Below, piece by piece: positions 1 through 13,000 of a stretch of DNA of 64,000 nucleotides (positions are counted from its first letter, which is position 1; each line of letters opens with the position of its first letter). The notes beneath the pieces were generated by a model. It saw only the letters and a list, made by a program, of their open reading frames with translations, was not told the origin of the DNA and ran no database searches. Source of the stretch: Paragordius varius (lineage: Eukaryota; Animalia; Nematomorpha). Position numbers and translations under genes: made by a program. The stretch lies in the NCBI GenBank assembly GCA_964247055.1, contig OZ176053.1, forward strand, positions 13,888,001-13,952,000, written 5' to 3'.

Positions 1-111
1 CATCACCTGATCAAATTTGGATTTTAGGTAGCCATTTTTATTTTTAAAATCGTATAAAATAAATTTTTTAAATATTTAAAAAAATCATAAAAATTACATT
101 TATAGTCCGAT

Positions 112-128
112 CCCCAAAATATTTGGGG
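112..128. other. 7-bp inverted repeat CCCCAAA-ATA-TTTGGGG (example copy; present in GTCCGATCCCC-type monomers only)
   Basis: CCCCAAA is the exact reverse complement of TTTGGGG, with a 3-nt loop. The dyad is broken in CTCCGATCTCG-type monomers. Confidence 0.9.
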
Positions 129-148
129 TGATGATGGAACTACCATAG

Positions 149-206
149 GGCTACCCAAAAAAAATTATGGCAACATCACCTGATCATATTTGGATTTTAG
201 GTAGCC
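149..206. other. 12-bp inverted repeat GGCTACCCAAAA ... TTTTAGGTAGCC spanning the monomer junction (example copy)
   Basis: Arms at 149-160 and 195-206 are complementary at 11 of 12 positions. They enclose the GG(C/T)GACATCACC and TGATCA dyads. Confidence 0.88.
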
Positions 207-234
207 ATTTTTATTTTTAAAATCGTATAAAATA

Positions 235-258
235 AATTTTTTAAATATTTAAAAAATT
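235..258. other. Perfect 24-bp AT-only palindrome AATTTTTTAAATATTTAAAAAATT (example copy; present in most monomers)
   Basis: AATTTTTTAAAT is the exact reverse complement of ATTTAAAAAATT. It extends to 30 bp with one mismatched pair. Confidence 0.95.
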
Positions 259-2244
259 CATAAAAATTACATTTATAGTCCGATCCCCAAAATATTTGGG
301 GTGATGATGGAACTACCATAGGCTACCCAAAAAAAATTATGGTGACATCACCTGATCAAATTTGGATTTTAGGTAGCCATTTTTATTTTTAAAATCGTAT
401 AAAATAAATTTTTTAAATATTTAAAAAAATCATAAAAATTACATTTATAGTCCGATCCCCAAAATATTTGGGGTGATGATGGAACTACCATAGGGCTACC
501 CAAAAAAAATTATGGCAACATCACCTGATCATATTTGGATTTTAGGTAGCCATTTTTATTTTTAAAATCGTATAAAATAAATTTTTTAAATATTTAAAAA
601 ATTCATAAAAATTACATTTATAGTCCGATCCCCAAAATATTTGGGGTGATGATGGAACTACCATAGGGCTACCCAAAAAAAATTATGGTGACATCACCTG
701 ATCAAATTTGGATTTTAGGTAGCCATTTTTATTTTTAAAATCGTATAAAATAAATTTTTTAAATATTTAAAAAATTCATAAAAATTACATTTATAGTCCG
801 ATCCCCAAAATATTTGGGGTGATGATGGAACTACCATAGGGCTACCTTAAAAAAAATTATGGCGACATCACCTGATCAAATTTGGATTTTAGGTAGCCAT
901 TTTTATTTTTAAAATCGTATAAAATAAATTTTTTAAATATTTAAAAAATTCATAAAAATTACATTTATACTCCGATCTCGAAAATATTTGGGGTGATGAT
1001 GGAACTACTATAGGGCTACCTTAAAAAAAATTATGGCGACATCACCTGATCAAATTTGGATTTTAGGTAGCCATTTTTATTTTTAAAATCGTATAAAATA
1101 AATTTTTTAAATATTTAAAAAATTCATAAAAATTACATTTATAGTCCGATCCCCAAAATATTTGGGGTGATGATGGAACTACCATAGGGCTACCCAAAAA
1201 AAATTATGGCGACATCACCAGATCAAATTTGGATTTTAGGTAGCCATTTTTATTTTTAAAATCGTATAAAATAAATTTTTTAAATATTTAAAAAATTCAT
1301 AAAAATTACATTTATAGTCCGATCCCCAAAATATTTGGGGTGATGATGGAACTACCATAGGGCTACCTTAAAAAAAATTATGGCGACATCACCTGATCAA
1401 ATTTGGATTTTAGGTAGCCATTTTTATTTTTAAAATCGTATAAAATAAATTTTTTAAATATTTAAAAAATTCATAAAAATTACATTTATAGTCCGATCCC
1501 CAAAATATTTGGGGTGATGATGGAACTACCATAGGGCTACCCAAAAAAAATTATGGCGACATCACCAGATCAAATTTGGATTTTAGGTAGCCATTTTTAT
1601 TTTTAATATCGTATAAAATAAATTTTTTAAATATTTAAAAAATTCATAAAAATTACATTTATAGTCCGATCCCCAAAATATTTGGGGTGATGATGGAACT
1701 ACCATAGGGCTACCCAAAAAAATTATGGTGACATCACCTGATCAAATTTGGATTTTAGGTAGGCATTTTATTTTTAAAATCGTATAAAATAAATTTTTTA
1801 AATATTTAAAAAATTCATAAAAATTACATTTATACTCCGATCTCGAAAATATTTGGGGTGATGATGGAACTACTATAGGGCTACCCAAAAAAAATTTTGG
1901 CGACATCACCTGATCAAATTTGGATTTTAGGTAGCCATTTTTATTTTTAAAATCGTATAAAATAAATTTTTTAAATATTTAAAAAATTCATAAAAATTAC
2001 ATTTATACTCCGATCTCGAAAATATTTGGGGTGATGATGGAACTACCATAGGGCAACCCAAAAAAAATTATGGCGACATCACCTGATCAAATTTGGATTT
2101 TAGGTAGCCATTTTTATTTTTAAAATCGTATAAAATAAATTTTTTAAATATTTAAAAAATTCATAAAAATTACATTTATAGTCCGATCCCCAAAATATTT
2201 GGGGTGATGATGGAACTACCATAGGGCTACCCAAAAAAATTATG

Positions 2245-4315
2245 GTGACACCACCTGATCAAATTTGGATTTTAGGTAGCCATTGTTATTTTTAAAATCG
2301 TATAAAATAAATTTTTTAAATATTTAAAAAATTCATAAAAATTACATTTATAATCCGATCCCCAAAATATTTGGGGTGATGATGGAACTACCATAGGGCT
2401 ACCCAAAAAAAATTATGGCGACATCACCTGATCAAATTTGGATTTTAGGTAGCCATTTTTATTTTTAAAATCGTATAAAATAAATTTTTTAAATATTTAA
2501 AAAAATCATAAAAATTACATTTATAGTCCGATCCCCAAAATATTTGGGGTGATGATGGAACTACCATAGGGCTACCCAAAAAAAATTATGGTGACATCAC
2601 CTGATCAAATTTGGAATTTAGGTAGCCATTTTTATTTTTAAAATCGTATAAAATAAATTTTTTAAATATTTAAAAACTTCATAAAAATTACATTTATACT
2701 CCGATCTCGAAAATATTTGGGGTGATGATGGAACTACCATAGGGCTACCCAAAAAAATTATGGTGACACCACCTGATCAAATTTGGATTTTAGGTAGCCA
2801 TTTTTATTTTTAAAATCGTATAAAATAAATTTTTTAAATATTTAAAAAATTCAAAAAAAATACATTTATACTCCGATCTCGACAATATTTGGGGTGATGA
2901 TGGAACTACCATAGGGCTACCCAAAAAAAATTATGGTGACATCACCTGATCAAATTTGGATTTTAGGTAGCCATTTTTATTTTTAAAATCGTATAAAATA
3001 AATTTTTTAAATATTTAAAAAATTCATAAAAATTACATTTATAGTCCGATCCCCAAAATATTTGGGGTGATGATGGAACTACCATAGGGCTACCCAAAAA
3101 AAATTATGGTGACATCACCTGATCAAATTTGGATTTTAGGTAGCCATTTTTATTTTTAAAATCGTATAAAATAAATTTTTTAAATATTTAAAAAAATCAT
3201 AAAAATTACATTTATAGTCCGATCCCCAAAATATTTGGGGTGATGATGGAACTACCATAGGGCTACCCAAAAAAAATTATGGCGACATCACCTGATCAAA
3301 TTTGGATTTTAGGTAGCCATTTTTATTTTTAAAATCGTATAAAATAAATTTTTTAAATATTTAAAAAATTCATAAAAATTACATTTATACTCCGATCTCG
3401 AAAATATTTGGGGTGATGATGGAACTACCATAGGGCTACCCAAAAAAAATTATGGTGACATCACCTGATCAAATTTGGATTTTAGGTAGCCATTTTTATT
3501 TTTAAAATCGTATAAAATAAATTTTTTAAATATTTAAAAAATTCATAAAAATTACATTTATAGTCCGATCCCCAAAATATTTGGGGTGATGATGGAACTA
3601 CCATAGGGCTACCCAAAAAAATTATGGTGACACCACCTGATCAAATTTGGATTTTAGGTAGCCATTTTTATTTTTAAAATCGTATAAAATAAATTTTTTA
3701 AATATTTAAAAAATTCATAAAAATTACATTTATAATCCGATCCCCAAAATATTTGGGGTGATGATGGAACTACCATAGGGCTACCCAAAAAAAATTATGG
3801 CGACATCACCTGATCAAATTTGGATTTTAGGTAGCCATTTTTATTTTTAAAATCGTATAAAATAAATTTTTTAAATATTTAAAAAAATCATAAAAATTAC
3901 ATTTATAGTCCGATCCCCAAAATATTTGGGGTGATGATGGAACTACCATAGGGCTACCCAAAAAAAATTATGGTGACATCACCTGATCAAATTTGGATTT
4001 TAGGTAGCCATTTTTATTTTTAAAATCGTATAAAATAAATTTTTTAAATATTTAAAAACTTCATAAAAATTACATTTATACTCCGATCTCGAAAATATTT
4101 GGGGTGATGATGGAACTACCATAGGGCTACCCAAAAAAATTATGGTGACACCACCTGATCAAATTTGGATTTTAGGTAGCCATTTTTATTTTTAAAATCG
4201 TATAAAATAAATTTTTTAAATATTTAAAAAATTCAAAAAAAATACATTTATACTCCGATCTCGACAATATTTGGGGTGATGATGGAACTACCATAGGGCT
4301 ACTTAAAAAAAATTA
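2245..4315 (+). repeat. 8-monomer higher-order repeat, period 1382 bp
   Basis: GACACCACC recurs at 2251 and 3633, and CTCGACAAT at 2881 and 4263. The same variant order recurs near 14.1-16.2 kb and 23.1-23.8 kb. Confidence 0.8.
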
Positions 4316-4667
4316 TGGTGACATCACCTGATCAAATTTGGATTTTAGGTAGCCATTTTTATTTTTAAAATCGTATAAAATAAATTTTTTAAATATTTAA
4401 AAAATTCATAAAAATTACATTTATAGTCCGATCCCCAAAATATTTGGGGTGATGATGGAACTACCATAGGGCTACCCAAAAAAAATTATGGTGACATCAC
4501 CTGATCAAATTTGGATTTTAGGTAGCCATTTTTATTTTTAAAATCGTATAAAATAAATTTTTTAAATATTTAAAAAAATCATAAAAATTACATTTATAGT
4601 CCGATCCCCAAAATATTTGGGGTGATGATGGAACTACCATAGGGCTACCCAAAAAAAATTATGGCAA

Positions 4668-7085
4668 CATCACCTGATCAAATTTGGATTTTAGGTAGCC
4701 ATTTTTATTTTTAAAATCGTATAAAATAAATTTTTTAAATATTTAAAAAATTCATAAAAATTACATTTATAGTCCGATCCCCAAAATATTTGGGGTGATG
4801 ATGGAACTACCATAGGGCTACCCAAAAAAAATTATGGTGACATCACCTGATCAAATTTGGATTTTAGGTAGCCATTTTTATTTTTAAAATCGTATAAAAT
4901 AAATTTTTTAAATATTTAAAAAATTCATAAAAATTACATTTATAGTCCGATCCCCAAAATATTTGGGGTGATGATGGAACTACCATAGGGCTACCTTAAA
5001 AAAAATTATGGCGACATCACCTGATCAAATTTGGATTTTAGGTAGCCATTTTTATTTTTAAAATCGTATAAAATAAATTTTTTAAATATTTAAAAAATTC
5101 ATAAAAATTACATTTATAGTCCGATCCCCAAAATATTTGGGGTGATGATGGAACTACCATAGGGCTACCCAAAAAAAATTATGGTGACATCACCTGATCA
5201 AATTTGGATTTTAGGTAGCCATTTTTATTTTTAAAATCGTATAAAATAAATTTTTTAAATATTTAAAAAATTCATAAAAATTACATTTATACTCCGATCT
5301 CGAAAATATTTGGGGTGATGATGGAACTACTATAGGGCTACCCAAAAAAAATTTTGGCGACATCACCTGATCAAATTTGGATTTTAGGTAGCCCTTTTTA
5401 TTTTTAAAATCGTATAAAATAAATTTTTTAAATATTTAAAAAATTCATAAAAATTACATTTATACTCCGATCTCGAAAATATTTGGGGTGATGATGGAAC
5501 TACCATAGGGCTACCCAAAAAAAATTATGGCGACATCACCTGATCAAATTTGGATTTTAGGTAGCCATTTTTATTTTTAAAATCGTATAAAATAAATTTT
5601 TTAAATATAAAATTCATAAAAATTACATTTATAATCCGATCCCCAAAATATTTGGGGTGATGATGGAACTACCATAGGGCTACCCAAAAAAAATTATGGC
5701 GACATCACCTGATCAAATTTGGATTTTAGGTAGCCATTTTTATTTTTAAAATCGTATAAAATAAATTTTTTAAATATTTAAAAAATTCATAAAAATTACA
5801 TTTATAGTCCGATCCCCAAAATATTTGGGGTGATGATGGAACTACCATAGGGCTACCCAAAAAAAATTATGGCAACATCACCTGATCAAATTTGGATTTT
5901 AGGTAGCCATTTTTATTTTTAAAATCGTATAAAATAAATTTTTTAAATATTTAAAAAATTCATAAAAATTACATTTATAGTCCGATCCCCAAAATATTTG
6001 GGGTGATGATGGAACTACCATAGGGCTACCCAAAAAAAATTATGGTGACATCACCTGATCAAATTTGGATTTTAGGTAGCCATTTTTATTTTTAAAATCG
6101 TATAAAATAAATTTTTTAAATATTTAAAAAATTCATAAAAATTACATTTATAGTCCGATCCCCAAAATATTTGGGGTGATGATGGAACTACCATAGGGCT
6201 ACCTTAAAAAAAATTATGGCGACATCACCTGATCAAATTTGGATTTTAGGTAGCCATTTTTATTTTTAAAATCGTATAAAATAAATTTTTTAAATATTTA
6301 AAAAATTCATAAAAATTACATTTATAGTCCGATCCCCAAAATATTTGGGGTGATGATGGAACTACCATAGGGCTACCCAAAAAAAATTATGGTGACATCA
6401 CCTGATCAAATTTGGATTTTAGGTAGCCATTTTTATTTTTAAAATCGTATAAAATAAATTTTTTAAATATTTAAAAAATTCATAAAAATTACATTTATAC
6501 TCCGATCTCGAAAATATTTGGGGTGATGATGGAACTACTATAGGGCTACCCAAAAAAAATTTTGGCGACATCACCTGATCAAATTTGGATTTTAGGTAGC
6601 CATTTTTATTTTTAAAATCGTATAAAATAAATTTTTTAAATATTTAAAAAATTCATAAAAATTACATTTATACTCCGATCTCGCTGAATATTTGGGGTGA
6701 TGATGGAACTACCATAGGGCTACCCAAAAAAAATTATGGCGACATCACCTGATCAAATTTGGATTTTAGGTAGCCATTTTTATTTTTAAAATCGTATAAA
6801 ATAAATTTTTTAAATATTTAAAAAATTCATAAAAATTACATTTATAATCCGATCCCCAAAATATTTGGGGTGATGATGGAACTACCATAGGGCTACCCAA
6901 AAAAAATTATGGCGACATCACCTGATCAAATTTGGATTTTAGGTAGCCATTTTTATTTTTAAAATCGTATAAAATAAATTTTTTAAATATTTAAAAAATT
7001 CATAAAAATTACATTTATTGTCCGATCCTCCAAAATATTTGGGGTGATGATGGAACTACTATAGGGCTACCCAATAAAAATTATG
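4668..7085 (+). repeat. 7-monomer higher-order repeat, period about 1210 bp
   Basis: GGCAAC at 4664 and 5872 is followed each time by the same order of variants (TGA, CCTT, TGA, CTAT+TTTTGG, CTCG, AATCC). The same unit recurs between 16234 and 17446. Confidence 0.78.
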
Positions 7086-10000
7086 GCGACATCACCTGAT
7101 CAAATTTGGATTTTAGGTAGCCATTTTTATTTTTAAAATCGTATAAAATAAATTTTTTAAATATTTAAAAAATTCATAAAAATTACATTTATAATCCGAT
7201 CCCCTAAATATTTGGGGTAATGATGGAACTACCATAGGGCTAGCCAAAAAAAATTATGGTGACATCACCTGATCAAATTTCGATTTTAGGTAGCCATTTT
7301 TATTTTTAAAATCGTATAAAATAAATTTTTTAAATATTTAAAAATTCATAAAAATTACATTTATACTCCGATCTCGACAATATTTGGGGTGATGATGGAA
7401 CTACCATAGGGCTACTCAAAAAAAATTATGGTGACATCACCTGATCAAATTTGGATTTTAGGTAGCCATTTTTATTTTTAAAATCGTATAAAATAAATTT
7501 TTTAAATATTTAAAAAATTCATAAAAATTACATTTATAGTCCAATCCCCAAAATATTTGGGGTGATGATGGAACTACCATAGGGCTACCCAAAAAAAATT
7601 ATGGCGATATCACCTGATCAAATTTGGATTTTAGGTAGCCATTTTTATTTTTAAAATCGTATAAAATAAATTTTTTAAATATTTAAAAAATTCATAAAAA
7701 TTACATTTATAGTCCGATCCCCAAAATATTTGGGGTGATGATGGAACTACCATAGGGCTACCCAAAAAAATTATGGCGACATCACCTGATCAAATTTGGA
7801 TTTTAGGTAGCCATTTTTATTTTTAAAATCGTATAAAATAAATTTTTTAAATATTTAAAAAATTCATAAAAATTACATTTATAGTCCGATCCCCAAAATA
7901 TTTGGGGTGATGATGGAACTACCATAGGGCTACCCAAAAAAATTATGGTGACATCACCTGATCAAATTTGGATTTTAGGTAGCCATTTTATTTTTAAAAT
8001 CGTATAAAATAAATTTTTTAAATATTTAAAAAATTCATAAAAATTACATTTATACTCCGATCTCGAAAATATTTGGGGTGATGATGGAACTACTATAGGG
8101 CTACCCAAAAAAAATTTTGGCGACATCACCTGATCAAATTTGGATTTTAGGTAGCCATTTTTATTTTTAAAATCGTATAAAATAAATTTTTTAAATATTT
8201 AAAAACTTCATAAAAATTACATTTATACTCCGATCTCGAAAATATTTGGGGTGATGATGGAACTACCATAGGGCTACCCAAAAAAAATTATGGTGACATC
8301 ACCTGATCAAATTTGGATTTTAAGGTAGCCATTTTTATTTTTAAAATCGTATAAAATAAATTTTTTAAATATTTAAAAAATTCATAAAAATTACATTTAT
8401 AATCCGATCCCCAAAATATTTGGGGTGATGATGGAACTACCATAGGGCTACCCAAAAAAAATTATGGCGACATCACCTGATCAAATTTGGATTTTAGGTA
8501 GCCATTTTTATTTTTAAAATCGTATAAAATAAATTTTTTAAATATTTAAAAAATTCATAAAAATTACATTTATACTCCGATCTCGAAAATATTTGGGATG
8601 ATGGAACTACCATGCTACCCAATAAAAATTATGGCGACATCACCTGATCAAATTTGGATTTTAGGTAGCCATTTTTATTTTTAAAATCGTATAAAATAAA
8701 TTTTTTAAATATTTAAAAAATTCATAAAAATTACATTTATTGTCCGATCCTCCAAAATATTTGGGGTGATGATGGAACTACCATAGGGCTACCTAAAAAA
8801 AATTATGGTGACATCACCTGATCAAATTTGGATTTTAGGTAGCCATTTTTATTTTTAAAATCGTATAAAATAAATTTTTTAAATATTTAAAAAAATCATA
8901 AAAATTACATTAATAGTCCGATCCCCAAAATATTTAGGGTGATGATGGAACTACCATAGGGCTACCCAAAAAAAATTATGGCGACATCACCTGATCAAAT
9001 TTGGATTTTAGGTAGCCATTTTTATTTTTAAAATCGTATAAAATAAATTTTTTAAATATTTAAAAAATTCATAAAAATTACATTTATACTCCGATCTCGA
9101 AAATATTTGGGGTGATGATGGAACTACCATAGGGCTACCCAAAAAAAATTATGGTGACATCACCTGTTTCAAATTTGGATTTTAGGTAGCCATTTTTATT
9201 TTTAAAATCGTATAAAATAAATTTTTTAAATATTTAAAAAAATCATAAAAATTACATTTATAGTCCGATCCCCAAAATATTTGGGGTGATGATGGAACTA
9301 CCATAGGGCTACCCAAAAAAAATTATGGTGACATCACCTGATCAAATTTGGATTTTAGGTAGCCATTTTTATTTTTAAAATCGTATAAAATAAATTTTTT
9401 AAATATTTAAAAAATTCATAAAAATTACATTTATACTCCGATCTCGCTGAATATTTGGGGTGATGATGGAACTACCATAGGGCTACCCAAAAAAAATTAT
9501 GGCGACATCACCTGATCAAATTTGGATTTTAGGTAGCCATTTTTATTTTTAAAATCGTATAAAATAAATTTTTTAAATATTTAAAAAATTCATAAAAATT
9601 ACATTTATAATCCGATCCCCAAAATATTTGGGGTGATGATGGAACTACCATAGGGCTACCCAAAAAAAATTATGGCGACATCACCTGATCAAATTTGGAT
9701 TTTAGGTAGCCATTTTTATTTTTAAAATCGTATAAAATAAATTTTTTAAATATTTAAAAAATTCATAAAAATTACATTTATTGTCCGATCCTCCAAAATA
9801 TTTGGGGTGATGATGGAACTACTATAGGGCTACCCAATAAAAATTATGGCGACATCACCTGATCAAATTTGGATTTTAGGTAGCCATTTTTATTTTTAAA
9901 ATCGTATAAAATAAATTTTTTAAATATTTAAAAAATTCATAAAAATTACATTTATAATCCGATCCCCTAAATATTTGGGGTAATGATGGAACTACCATAG

Positions 10001-13000
10001 GGCTAGCCAAAAAAAATTATGGTGACATCACCTGATCAAATTTCGATTTTAGGTAGCCATTTTTATTTTTAAAATCGTATAAAATAAATTTTTTAAATAT
10101 TTAAAAATTCATAAAAATTACATTTATACTCCGATCTCGACAATATTTGGGGTGATGATGGAACTACCATAGGGCTACTCAAAAAAAATTATGGTGACAT
10201 CACCTGATCAAATTTGGATTTTAGGTAGCCATTTTTATTTTTAAAATCGTATAAAATAAATTTTTTAAATATTTAAAAAATTCATAAAAATTACATTTAT
10301 AGTCCAATCCCCAAAATATTTGGGGTGATGATGGAACTACCATAGGGCTACCCAAAAAAAATTATGGCGATATCACCTGATCAAATTTGGATTTTAGGTA
10401 GCCATTTTTATTTTTAAAATCGTATAAAATAAATTTTTTAAATATTTAAAAAATTCATAAAAATTACATTTATACTCTGATCTCGAAAATATTTGGGGTG
10501 ATGATGGAACTACCATAGGGCTACCCAAAAAAATTATGGCGACATCACCTGATCAAATTTGGATTTTAGGTAGCCATTTTTATTTTTAAAATCGTATAAA
10601 ATAAATTTTTTAAATATTTAAAAAATTCATAAAAATTACATTTATAGTCCGATCCCCAAAATATTTGGGGTGATGATGGAACTACCATAGGGCTACCCAA
10701 AAAAATTATGGCGACATCACCTGATCAAATTTGGATTTTAGGTAGCCATTTTTATTTTTAAAATCGTATAAAATAAATTTTTTAAATATTTAAAAAATTC
10801 ATAAAAATTACATTTATAGTCCGATCCCCAAAATATTTGGGGTGATGATGGAACTACCATAGGGCTACCCAAAAAAAATTATGGCGACATCACCTGATCA
10901 AATTTGGATTTTAGGTAGCCATTTTTATTTTTAAAATCGTATAAAATAAATTTTTTAAATATTTAAAAAATTCATAAAAATTACATTTATTGTCCGATCC
11001 TCCAAAATATTTGGGGTGATGATGGAACTACTATAGGGCTACCCAATAAAAATTATGGCGACATCACCTGATCAAATTTGGATTTTAGGTAGCCATTTTT
11101 ATTTTTAAAATCGTATAAAATAAATTTTTTAAATATTTAAAAAATTCATAAAAATTACATTTATAATCCGATCCCCTAAATATTTGGGGTAATGATGGAA
11201 CTACCATAGGGCTAGCCAAAAAAAATTATGGTGACATCACCTGATCAAATTTCGATTTTAGGTAGCCATTTTTATTTTTAAAATCGTATAAAATAAATTT
11301 TTTAAATATTTAAAAATTCATAAAAATTACATTTATACTCCGATCTCGACAATATTTGGGGTGATGATGGAACTACCATAGGGCTACTCAAAAAAAATTA
11401 TGGTGACATCACCTGATCAAATTTGGATTTTAGGTAGCCATTTTTATTTTTAAAATCGTATAAAATAAATTTTTTAAATATTTAAAAAATTCATAAAAAT
11501 TACATTTATAGTCCAATCCCCAAAATATTTGGGGTGATGATGGAACTACCATAGGGCTACCCAAAAAAAATTATGGCGATATCACCTGATCAAATTTGGA
11601 TTTTAGGTAGCCATTTTTATTTTTAAAATCGTATAAAATAAATTTTTTAAATATTTAAAAAATTCATAAAAATTACATTTATACTCTGATCTCGAAAATA
11701 TTTGGGGTGATGATGGAACTACCATAGGGCTACCCAAAAAAATTATGGCGACATCACCTGATCAAATTTGGATTTTAGGTAGCCATTTTTATTTTTAAAA
11801 TCGTATAAAATAAATTTTTTAAATATTTAAAAAATTCATAAAAATTACATTTATAGTCCGATCCCCAAAATATTTGGGGTGATGATGGAACTACCATAGG
11901 GCTACCCAAAAAAATTATGGCGACATCACCTGATCAAATTTGGATTTTAGGTAGCCATTTTTATTTTTAAAATCGTATAAAATAAATTTTTTAAATATTT
12001 AAAAAATTCATAAAAATTACATTTATAGTCCGATCCCCAAAATATTTGGGGTGATGATGGAACTACCATAGGGCTACCCAAAAAAATTATGGTGACATCA
12101 CCTGATCAAATTTGGATTTTAGGTAGCCATTTTATTTTTAAAATCGTATAAAATAAATTTTTTAAATATTTAAAAAATTCATAAAAATTACATTTATACT
12201 CCGATCTCGAAAATATTTGGGGTGATGATGGAACTACTATAGGGCTACCCAAAAAAAATTTTGGCGACATCACCTGATCAAATTTGGATTTTAGGTAGCC
12301 ATTTTTATTTTTAAAATCGTATAAAATAAATTTTTTAAATATTTAAAAACTTCATAAAAATTACATTTATACTCCGATCTCGAAAATATTTGGGGTGATG
12401 ATGGAACTACCATAGGGCTACCCAAAAAAAATTATGGTGACATCACCTGATCAAATTTGGATTTTAAGGTAGCCATTTTTATTTTTAAAATCGTATAAAA
12501 TAAATTTTTTAAATATTTAAAAAATTCATAAAAATTACATTTATAATCCGATCCCCAAAATATTTGGGGTGATGATGGAACTACCATAGGGCTACCCAAA
12601 AAAAATTATGGCGACATCACCTGATCAAATTTGGATTTTAGGTAGCCATTTTTATTTTTAAAATCGTATAAAATAAATTTTTTAAATATTTAAAAAATTC
12701 ATAAAAATTACATTTATACTCCGATCTCGAAAATATTTGGGATGATGGAACTACCATGCTACCCAATAAAAATTATGGCGACATCACCTGATCAAATTTG
12801 GATTTTAGGTAGCCATTTTTATTTTTAAAATCGTATAAAATAAATTTTTTAAATATTTAAAAAATTCATAAAAATTACATTTATTGTCCGATCCTCCAAA
12901 ATATTTGGGGTGATGATGGAACTACCATAGGGCTACCTAAAAAAAATTATGGTGACATCACCTGATCAAATTTGGATTTTAGGTAGCCATTTTTATTTTT

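Noticed and set aside
50-100. TATA boxes, bacterial -10 elements or polyadenylation signals (TATAAAA, AATAAA)
   Set aside because: These are expected by chance in a tract that is over 90% A/T, and there is no downstream gene.
112-128. Intrinsic terminator, tRNA or other structured RNA gene
   Set aside because: It is a short hairpin with no U-tract context, cloverleaf or upstream gene, and it is lost in about half of the monomers.
122-150. G-quadruplex or telomeric repeat (TTTGGGG)
   Set aside because: There is only one G4 run and one G3 run per 173 bp, too few and too far apart, and they are not tandem.
157-164. A7 versus A8 tract variation as pure sequencing error
   Set aside because: Tract length recurs consistently at matching positions of duplicated blocks, so much of it is probably real, though isolated cases may be errors.
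1-173. Identity with alpha satellite, plant CEN178/180 or Drosophila 1.688 satellite
   Set aside because: Only the length or AT richness is similar. I recognise no sequence match and no CENP-B box.
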